Positions 57,663 to 64,000 of a stretch of DNA of 64,000 nt are shown here, one piece after another. Each line of letters opens with the position of its first letter. Within the stretch, counting starts at the first letter, position 1. The translations under genes and the position numbers were made by a program. The notes beneath the pieces were generated by a model. That model was not told the origin of the DNA and did no database searches. It saw nothing but the letters and a program-made list of their open reading frames with translations. This stretch comes from an uncultured Alphaproteobacteria bacterium (GTDB taxonomy: Bacteria; Pseudomonadota; Alphaproteobacteria; JAJFIK01), in assembly GCA_964612085.1 (NCBI GenBank), contig CAZTCJ010000004.1:19067-83066 (forward strand), given 5' to 3'.

Positions 57663-59498
57663 TCAGGGTGGGGGCGCCACCGCCCACCAGGTGTCGAGAT
57701 TGTAACCGGTCAACGACAAGGTCTCCGGCCCCTGGAGATGATCCCACCAGGCGACCCGGTCCTTGGGCGCGTGATAAAGCGGCAGCACATAATAGCCCGA
57801 CAACAGCACCCGGTCGAAGGCGCGGGCCGCCGTCACCAGATCCTCGCGCGCGCGGGCTGAGACCATGCGGTCGATCAGCGTGTCGATGGCGGGGCTCTTG
57901 ACCCCGGAGAAATTGAAGGTGCCGTCCGTTTCGGCGGCCTGCGCGCTCCAGCGGAAGCGCTGTTCATTGCCGGGCGACAGCGAGCCGCGCCATTCGAACG
58001 GCATCATGTCGAAATCCCGGGTCCGGGAGCGGGTCAGGAACTGGGCGGAGTCCACCAGCCGCACACGGACGGTGACGCCGATCTTTTTCAGCTCGTCCGC
58101 ATAGTTGAGGGCCACCCGCTGGTGATCCGGATGCTCGATCATGATCTCGAAGCTGAACGGCGCGCCCGTGTCCGGATCGGTCATGGCGCCGTCGCGGATG
58201 GCGTAACCGGCCTCCTGGAACAAATCCATCGCTTCGGTCAGGCGGGCGCGGGTGCGGGCATAGTAATCGCCCGGGCGGGTCAGTTGCAGCCCGTGCTCCA
58301 GGATCTCCGGATCCACCTCGTCCATGAAGGGGGCGAGCAGGGCGCGCTCGGCCGCATCCGCCGCGCCGGTGGCGCCCAGGTCCGAGTTCTGGAAAAAGCT
58401 GCGGGAGCGCTTGTAAGCCCCGAAGAAATAGTTGTCGTTGAGCCAGGCGTAGTCGAAGGCGATGGTCAGCGCCTTGCGCACCCGGCGGTCGGCGAAAATC
58501 GCCCGCCTTGTGTTGAAGGCAAAGCCCAACAGCCAGACCGCCCGGCCATGGGCGAATTCGGCCCGCTTCACCCGGCCCTCCCGGAAGGCGGGGAAATTAT
58601 AACCGCGCGCCCAGCGCAAGGCGTTGGAATCCGGTTCGATGCGGATATCCGCGTCGCCCGCCTTGAAGGCTTCGAAGGCTGTACTGGCGTCCCGGTAATA
58701 GTCGTAGCGGATTTCATCGAAATTGCTGAAGCCGCGCGTGACGGCAAGATCCGCCCCCCAATAGTCCGGATTGCGCTTGAAGGTCAGCGAGCGGCCCGGA
58801 TCGACCTTGTCCACGATGTAAGGCCCGCTGCCCAAAGGCGGCTCCAGGGTGGTCTTCTCGAAATCCCGCTCGGCGTAATCGGCCTTGGAGAAGACCGCCA
58901 TCATGGCCAGGAGCAGCGGCAGTTCCCGATCGTCGATCTCGTCTTTAAAGACGAAGCGGACCGTGCGCTCGTCCAGCCGGTCGATGCGGGCGACCTTGCC
59001 GTGGCGGGCGCGGTAATGGGGCCGCCCGTGTTCCTTCAGCACCTCGAAGGAGAAGAGCACGTCTTCCACCGTCATCGGCGTGCCGTCGGAAAAGCGGATG
59101 TCGTCCCGCAGGGTGAAGGCGATCCAGCTCCGGTCGTCGGGCATTTCCACGCTTTCGCACAGCAGGCAGTAGAGCGTGAACGGCTCGTCGTCCGAGCGCA
59201 GCATCAGATTTTCGGTGGTGCGGCGCGGAAAGCGCAGGTGCCACATGGGCCGGCCCAGCACGATGAACGGGTTCAGGCTGTCGAAGGTGGCGACCTCGGC
59301 CAGCACCAGACGGCCGCCCTTGGGCGCATCCGGGTTCACATAATCGAAATGAGCGAAACCGGGCCCGTGTTTCGGCTCCCCATGCATGGCGATGGCATGG
59401 GTCGGGCCGGTGCCAGGGCTCAATTCTTGAGCCTGCGCCGCCCCGGCCAGGGCGAGGCTCATGCAGAACAAGGAGAGCAGAAGACGGGGCAGGCGCAT
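57663..59498 (-). CDS. family-5 (peptide/YejA-like) ABC substrate-binding protein, orphan
   Basis: Signal peptide MRLPRLLLSLFCMSLALAGAAQA and a long cluster-C SBP body (DRSWIAFTLRDDIRFSDGTPMTVEDV...). No permease or ATPase genes adjacent. Confidence 0.85.
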   Translation of the reverse strand: MRLPRLLLSLFCMSLALAGAAQAQELSPGTGPTHAIAMHGEPKHGPGFAHFDYVNPDAPKGGRLVLAEVATFDSLNPFIVLGRPMWHLRFPRRTTENLMLRSDDEPFTLYCLLCESVEMPDDRSWIAFTLRDDIRFSDGTPMTVEDVLFSFEVLKEHGRPHYRARHGKVARIDRLDERTVRFVFKDEIDDRELPLLLAMMAVFSKADYAERDFEKTTLEPPLGSGPYIVDKVDPGRSLTFKRNPDYWGADLAVTRGFSNFDEIRYDYYRDASTAFEAFKAGDADIRIEPDSNALRWARGYNFPAFREGRVKRAEFAHGRAVWLLGFAFNTRRAIFADRRVRKALTIAFDYAWLNDNYFFGAYKRSRSFFQNSDLGATGAADAAERALLAPFMDEVDPEILEHGLQLTRPGDYYARTRARLTEAMDLFQEAGYAIRDGAMTDPDTGAPFSFEIMIEHPDHQRVALNYADELKKIGVTVRVRLVDSAQFLTRSRTRDFDMMPFEWRGSLSPGNEQRFRWSAQAAETDGTFNFSGVKSPAIDTLIDRMVSARAREDLVTAARAFDRVLLSGYYVLPLYHAPKDRVAWWDHLQGPETLSLTGYNLDTWWAVAPPP

Positions 59499-59620
59499 TC
59501 GCAGGCGAATTCCTATATACTGAGTTTCGGCTGATGAGCCGCAGCATGTCGGAAGGTTCTGGGGCGTACAAGACGCCTCTTCGGATCCGCTCAAAACCCC
59601 TTCCGGCAAAGGATGAGAGC

Positions 59621-61681
59621 ATGACATTCGGTCCGACTAATGGCGCCATCCGGACGTGGCTCGCCGCGCTGATTCTCCTGGCCGCGACTGTCGCCGTCGC
59701 CATTGTCGCGCCGGAAGAATTGCTGCCCCATCTGAAACACGCCCAGGAAGAAAGCCGCATCCAGGAAGAGGCCGCGACGGCCTATGCCCTGCCGGTGCCA
59801 ATGCCTGAAAGTGAGCCCGAAGCCGAGCCCAGCCCGACACCCCAGCCCGCTTTGCGGCCGCCGCCGCGTCCGGTCTCGGTTGCCGTCGGTCCGGCATCTG
59901 CTGAAGAGCCGGGCGAGGCCGGGGAAAAGCCGAAACGCTCGGACATCATCCCCGAACTGGTGCCCGAAGGCCTGGCCAAGCAGGGCGAGGCTTTGGCGTC
60001 CAGCCTGTCGGAGACCTTTTCGGACGAGGCGGAAGAAGCCAGCGCCGCCTTGGATACGGTCTGGTCCATGGTGCGCGGCCAGGTGGAAAGCGATATCGAC
60101 AAGCTGGCCGCCAGTGTTTCCGGCGACGCCGCCGATGAGGCTGAGTCCCGGGAGCCGTCGCGGGAGGTGCCCGCCATCAGTTTCGGCGAAGCCCTGTCCG
60201 TCAAGGATGCCCGCAGCCGCTGGACCCGCCTGCAAAACCGCTATGGTGGGCTCGACGGCCTGACCTCCGCCGTGGCCAAGACCCATCTGTGGTCCGTGGT
60301 GCCGGTCCATGCGCTGGTGGTGTTCGGCAAGCCGAAGCTGGAACTCTTGAAGCTGTGCGCCAAGATCCAGAACGCGGGCACCAAATGCGAGACCTTCACG
60401 CTCTCCACCGGCACCATCACCGAATATATCGAGCGCCGGCCGGAGGCGGCCGCGCCCTCATCCGGCGATCCCGAATCCCAACCCGCCGCGCCTTCCGAAC
60501 CGGCGGAAGAAAGCGCCGCCACCAAGGAGCAGAAAGACGCCCTGCTGCAGCGCATGCCGCGGGTGCACCATCTGGCGGAAACCCGCGATAGCGACGATCC
60601 CCGCACCATGCGGCTGGTGGCCGTTGGCGATGTGATGATGGGCTCCGATTATCCCTCGCCCCATGGTCTGCATCCGCGTCTTGGACCGGGCGGCTCGGTG
60701 CGATCGGTTCTGGGCCCCGATCTGGTGCGGCTCCTGCAATCGGGCGATGTCACCTTCGCTAATCTGGAAGGGGTGCTGGCCGATGGGGGCGCTGCAGCAA
60801 AGGCATGTGCCAACTGCTACGCTTTCCGAAGTCCGCTACATTATGCGGAGCACTTGGTCAATGCCGGCGTTACCGTGGCGTCGCTCGCCAACAATCACAG
60901 CGGCGATTTCGGCCAGCCCGGACGGGATGCCACCGTCGCAGCTTTGAACGCGCGCGGCATCGCCGCCGTGGGTCTCGACAAGCCCGGTCTCAAGACCGCC
61001 AGTCTGACCCTGGACAACGGTCTGAGGGTCGGTATCGCGGCCTTCGCTCCCAATCGCGGCACGGTCAGCTTTCACGATCTCGACGGCGCGGCGCGTCTGG
61101 TGGCCGATCTCGCCCGCCACCACGATATTGTCGTGGCTTCCGTTCATGCGGGCGCGGAAGGGGCGGCGGCGAGCCGGGTGCCGCGCCAGCGGGAAATCTA
61201 TCTGGGTGAGGACCGGGGTGACGTGCACCGCATCGCCCACACCCTGGTCCAGGCAGGCGCCGATGTGATCCTGGGCCATGGGCCCCATGTGCCCCGGGCG
61301 GTGGAACTGGTGGACGGCAAACTGATCGCCTACAGCCTGGGGAATTTCTGGACCTATTCCGGCTTCTTGAGCTGGGGTGTGCTGGGTCTCGGCCCGGTGG
61401 TCGATGTCAGCCTGAACGCGGACGGCACCGTCCGGGATCTGACCATCCACAGTACGCGCCAGGCGGGGCTCGGCGTGCCGCAACTGGACCCGCGCGACGA
61501 GGCGCGGCGCTTCGTGCTCGACCGCACGCGGCGCGACTTCCCCCAGACCTACGCCCTGCTGACCCGCAAGCGCGGGCCGCTGGTCGCCGACGCGCGCGGG
61601 CCCCTTAAGAAGCGCGATTTCCTCGACACCGCCCGTCACTGGTTCAACGGGCTGGTGAGCGAGGCTGCGTCGGTCTTTTGA
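59621..61681 (+). CDS. membrane-anchored SPOR-domain + CapA/PGA_cap metallophosphoesterase fusion
   Basis: TM anchor (WLAALILLAATVAVAIV), Pro/acidic linker, SPOR-like segment (ISFGEALSVKDARSRWTRLQNRYGGL...LCAKIQNAGTKCETF). CapA motifs follow (VAVGDVMMG, FANLEG, LANNHSGDFG, VASVHAGAEG, ILGHGPHV). Start 59621 preferred over 59534. Confidence 0.75.
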   Translation: MTFGPTNGAIRTWLAALILLAATVAVAIVAPEELLPHLKHAQEESRIQEEAATAYALPVPMPESEPEAEPSPTPQPALRPPPRPVSVAVGPASAEEPGEAGEKPKRSDIIPELVPEGLAKQGEALASSLSETFSDEAEEASAALDTVWSMVRGQVESDIDKLAASVSGDAADEAESREPSREVPAISFGEALSVKDARSRWTRLQNRYGGLDGLTSAVAKTHLWSVVPVHALVVFGKPKLELLKLCAKIQNAGTKCETFTLSTGTITEYIERRPEAAAPSSGDPESQPAAPSEPAEESAATKEQKDALLQRMPRVHHLAETRDSDDPRTMRLVAVGDVMMGSDYPSPHGLHPRLGPGGSVRSVLGPDLVRLLQSGDVTFANLEGVLADGGAAAKACANCYAFRSPLHYAEHLVNAGVTVASLANNHSGDFGQPGRDATVAALNARGIAAVGLDKPGLKTASLTLDNGLRVGIAAFAPNRGTVSFHDLDGAARLVADLARHHDIVVASVHAGAEGAAASRVPRQREIYLGEDRGDVHRIAHTLVQAGADVILGHGPHVPRAVELVDGKLIAYSLGNFWTYSGFLSWGVLGLGPVVDVSLNADGTVRDLTIHSTRQAGLGVPQLDPRDEARRFVLDRTRRDFPQTYALLTRKRGPLVADARGPLKKRDFLDTARHWFNGLVSEAASVF

Positions 61682-61759
61682 TTGGCACTTAGGGCGCATT
61701 GAGCGGATGCGAAATGCGCGGTTCGAACAGTTCACCGTGCTACGTTTCACATCGAGACC

Positions 61760-61787
61760 GTCATCCCAGTAAAAGCTGGGATCTAGA
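61760..61787. repeat. structured intergenic repeat, diverged copy 3
   Basis: GTCATCCCAGtaaaagCTGGGATCTAGA shares GTCATCCC...GCTGGGATC with the 32-nt core and has a perfect 7-bp stem. Lies between convergent genes. Confidence 0.6.
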
Positions 61788-61850
61788 AGAAGCGTAGACG
61801 GAACAAGCGGCCCTGGACCCTGGCCGTCGGCCTGAGGTGACGATCCAACC

Positions 61851-62555
61851 TTAAGCCCGATACCCCAGCGCCTCGAATTCCGGGCCGAACAGATCTTCGA
61901 CCCGCGCCCGCAGCGCCGGTGTCAGTAATTCATCCGCAGGCCGCTTGTCCTTGCGGTGGCCGCCCTTGGCGTTGGGCATCCAGCCGTCGAAGGTAAAACC
62001 GCAGCGCTCGCCAAGCTCTTTCAAGCCATCCGTCAACGCTGCATGGTCGATCACCATATCGGTGATGATCCGGCCGTTCTCCGTATACAGTGGATAATTG
62101 AAATGCCGGTCCACCCGCAGTGTGTCGATGAACGTCTCCAAGGCCATGTCGGGCGATTTGCGCGTATGCCAATAATAAAGCGACATCAGCCGGTCCATCG
62201 GGTGGCGCTCGATGGTGAAGGTGGTGTAGCCCGACCAGATCTCTTCGCCCACCAGGCGGCGGACCATCCAGGCCGGGATATGGTTGTAGTATTTCTTCGC
62301 CCGCTTGAAGCGGCGATAGGCGCGCACGGCCGATTTGTAGCTGCCGTCCATCTGGCTGAACGGGTTGAACAGGCCCGTGTGATTCTGCGGCCCCTTGCCG
62401 AATTCGGCGCGCAAAGGCTCATCCGCCATCGAGATGGGGGTCAGCACGTCCCGATCGCCCGCATAGCGCGACAGGCTGATTTCCACGCTGGTGCCGCCGG
62501 TCTTGCGGGTCTTGATGAAGATAAAGCGGTGCTTGTGCGAAATGATCACGGTCAA
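61851..62555 (-). CDS. sulfotransferase family protein
   Basis: N-terminal KHRFIFIKTRKTGGTSVE (PAPS 5'-phosphosulfate-binding-loop-like), as in sulfotransferase family 2. Confidence 0.7.
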   Translation of the reverse strand: MTVIISHKHRFIFIKTRKTGGTSVEISLSRYAGDRDVLTPISMADEPLRAEFGKGPQNHTGLFNPFSQMDGSYKSAVRAYRRFKRAKKYYNHIPAWMVRRLVGEEIWSGYTTFTIERHPMDRLMSLYYWHTRKSPDMALETFIDTLRVDRHFNYPLYTENGRIITDMVIDHAALTDGLKELGERCGFTFDGWMPNAKGGHRKDKRPADELLTPALRARVEDLFGPEFEALGYRA

Positions 62556-62604
62556 TCCCCCGGACGGTGTCGATCCTTCCGCCTAATGGTCCGCTTCTCC
62601 CAAG

Positions 62605-62940
62605 TCAACTCTGGCTCGCGTCCGGGTAGACGGTGATCTCCGCGATTTTATCACCCTCGAAGTGGATCCGTTCGGCGAGCCGCGCCGAGGACTCGCCCGC
62701 ATGTTGATACCGCACCAGAAACTCCGGGCCCGCGCCATAGACCTCGATCTCCGTGGCCCAGGCCTTGCCCACATAAGGCCAGATCTCGTTGAGCATGGTG
62801 TCCCGGTCGGTGTAAGTCATGAACGGGCTGGTGTGTTTGTGGTCAGGTGTGAGCAGCGCGCGCAAGGTCTCTAGATCCCGGTCCTTGTAGCAGCGGTAAT
62901 AATCGAGGATCAGATCGCGGGCATTGGATGGTTGGGTCAT
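62605..62940 (-). CDS. NTF2/SnoaL-like small protein
   Basis: 111 aa. Begins ...DLILDYYRCYKDRDLETLRALLTPD, typical of SnoaL-like cones. Confidence 0.6.
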   Translation of the reverse strand: MTQPSNARDLILDYYRCYKDRDLETLRALLTPDHKHTSPFMTYTDRDTMLNEIWPYVGKAWATEIEVYGAGPEFLVRYQHAGESSARLAERIHFEGDKIAEITVYPDASQS

Positions 62941-62967
62941 TTGCGGACCTCCTTGATCTTTGAGCTT

Positions 62968-63774
62968 TCACAGATCAAACACCCGTTGCGCGTTTTCGTA
63001 AAGGAACAGGCGCTTCACCTCATCGCTCAGGCCCAGATCCTCAAGCCCTTTCAGCGCCTTCACAGGCATGATCATGGGATAGTTGGTGCCGAACAGCACT
63101 TTCGAGCGGCCATGGGCCTTCATATAGTCGATGAGCCGGGGCGGGTAGCGGTGAATGGCGTAGGCGGATGTATCGATAAAGACATTCGGGTGCTTGGTGG
63201 CGACGGCAATGGCTTCTTCCGTCCAGGGATAACCGATATGGCCGCCCACGATGGTCAGCTCGGGGAAGTCGATGGCCACCTGGTCGAGATAGATGGGCCG
63301 GCCCACTTCCGAAGGCATCAGCGGCCCCGTGTGACCGATCTGTGTGCAGAAGGGAATACCCAGCTCGCAGCAGGCCGTATAGACCGGATAGAACCGCCGG
63401 TCCGTGGGCGGCACTTCCCACAGCCAGGGCAGCATGCGGATGGCCTTGAAGCCCAGTTCCTCGACGCAGCGGCGGATCTCGCGCACGGCCGCCATGGGCT
63501 TGGAAATATCGACCGAGCCGATGCCGACCAGCCGGTCCGGATAGCGCGCGGCGAACCCGGCCACCTCGTCATTGGAAATCAGGGTGCGGTACGGCGCTTC
63601 CCAGGCGGAAATCAGACTGACGTGAACGCCGCCCGCGTCCATGGCCTGGATCGTTGCCTCCAAAGGCAGTTCTTCGGTCGGCGCGGGTACGCCGGTCCAG
63701 CGCCTGAGGGACTCGAAAATCGGGTCCCGGCTTTGGCGGAGCGTGGGATGCTGCGCCCAGGCATCGATGATCAT
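62968..63774 (-). CDS. amidohydrolase-2 (ACMSD-like) family protein
   Basis: IIDAWAQHP metal-binding start, ...GHIGYPW..., and IDTSAY motifs of the PF04909-type TIM-barrel hydrolases/decarboxylases. Confidence 0.85.
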   Translation of the reverse strand: MIIDAWAQHPTLRQSRDPIFESLRRWTGVPAPTEELPLEATIQAMDAGGVHVSLISAWEAPYRTLISNDEVAGFAARYPDRLVGIGSVDISKPMAAVREIRRCVEELGFKAIRMLPWLWEVPPTDRRFYPVYTACCELGIPFCTQIGHTGPLMPSEVGRPIYLDQVAIDFPELTIVGGHIGYPWTEEAIAVATKHPNVFIDTSAYAIHRYPPRLIDYMKAHGRSKVLFGTNYPMIMPVKALKGLEDLGLSDEVKRLFLYENAQRVFDL

Positions 63775-63792
63775 GGCAAAGCTCCTTGTGCG

Positions 63793-64000
63793 TCAGTCCA
63801 GAAAGTCCCAGGTGTCGGCGCCGTCGAAGGTGCGGACGCGGAAGGCGGCGATGGCTTCGGGCTTCGCCATCAAGGCATTCAGACCCATGCGAGCGTCGGG
63901 CCGGGCGTCGAGCGGCATCCAGTGGGTGGTGGCGCCGCAGATCCTGCAGGTGTGAAAGGCGAGCGTCTTGTCGCCCCAGACATAGGTCAACGTGGCTCCA
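63793..64000 (-). CDS. GFA/CENP-V-like protein, probably truncated by the window edge
   Basis: The C-terminal half pattern FHTCRICGATTHW...GLNALM... resembles GFA-family C-termini. The N-terminal CxC part would lie beyond nt 64000. Confidence 0.45.
   Translation of the reverse strand, partial: GATLTYVWGDKTLAFHTCRICGATTHWMPLDARPDARMGLNALMAKPEAIAAFRVRTFDGADTWDFLD

Noticed and set aside
61712-61735. GCGGTTCGAACAG, which resembles a tRNA T-loop (GGTTCGAA), in the capA/sulfotransferase spacer.
   Set aside because: The flanking bases do not form a T-stem (GCGCG versus CAGTT), and no acceptor or anticodon arms can be drawn. I found no tRNA cloverleaf here or in any other intergenic region.

Overview
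This is a 64-kb, high-G+C chromosomal segment (roughly 63-66% in coding regions, judged by eye). Its gene content and local synteny look alphaproteobacterial: recG / sdhE / mfd, GHMP-type thrB-thrC, kpsF, DUF502, DUF924, a PopA/PleD-like regulator and a SPOR-domain protein. I can support about 57 protein-coding genes. I found no rRNA, tRNA, CRISPR array, transposase, integrase or phage structural gene. All functional calls come from reading motifs in the supplied translations; no database search was run.

Layout:
- 1-8.8 kb: polysaccharide export/biosynthesis neighbourhood (GT4 glycosyltransferase, Wza-like export lipoprotein, outer-membrane beta-barrel, UDP-glucuronate 4-epimerase, KpsF), interrupted by a higBA-like toxin-antitoxin (TA) module.
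- 9.5-13 kb: HMG-CoA-synthase-like/DUF35 fusion and an SCP-x-type thiolase, split by an opposite-strand mazEF.
- 13-20 kb: DegP, M16 peptidase, thrBC.
- 20-26 kb: two DUF3089 paralogs bracketing an ABC-2-type exporter, plus an APH-fold kinase and DUF6285.
- 26-35 kb: DUF502, two GFA-like genes, recG, hydrolase, sdhE, mfd.
- 35.4-37.7 kb: low-GC islet of four small genes (three membrane proteins plus a nucleoside-2-deoxyribosyltransferase-like protein), punctuated by a repeated hairpin element.
- 38-52 kb: mixed housekeeping (esterase, AI-2E transporter, secreted EEP enzyme, DsbA, degenerate REC-REC-GGDEF, SDR, bactofilin-like membrane protein, acyl-CoA ligase, TyrA, DUF924, acidic lipoprotein, CoA-transferase, His-phosphatase).
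- 52-57 kb: RND efflux pair.
- 57-64 kb: M23 peptidase, orphan peptide-type solute-binding protein, SPOR-CapA fusion, and a sulfotransferase/NTF2/amidohydrolase/GFA operon.

The most promising candidates for undescribed biology are:
1. The DUF3089-ABC-2-DUF3089-DUF6285-kinase cluster. Both DUF3089 copies carry Gly where a GxSxG nucleophile Ser would sit.
2. The NDT-like + 4-TM two-gene operon in the repeat-punctuated low-GC islet.
3. The SPOR-CapA / M23 / orphan SBP envelope cluster.

None of these can be called a system from sequence alone.
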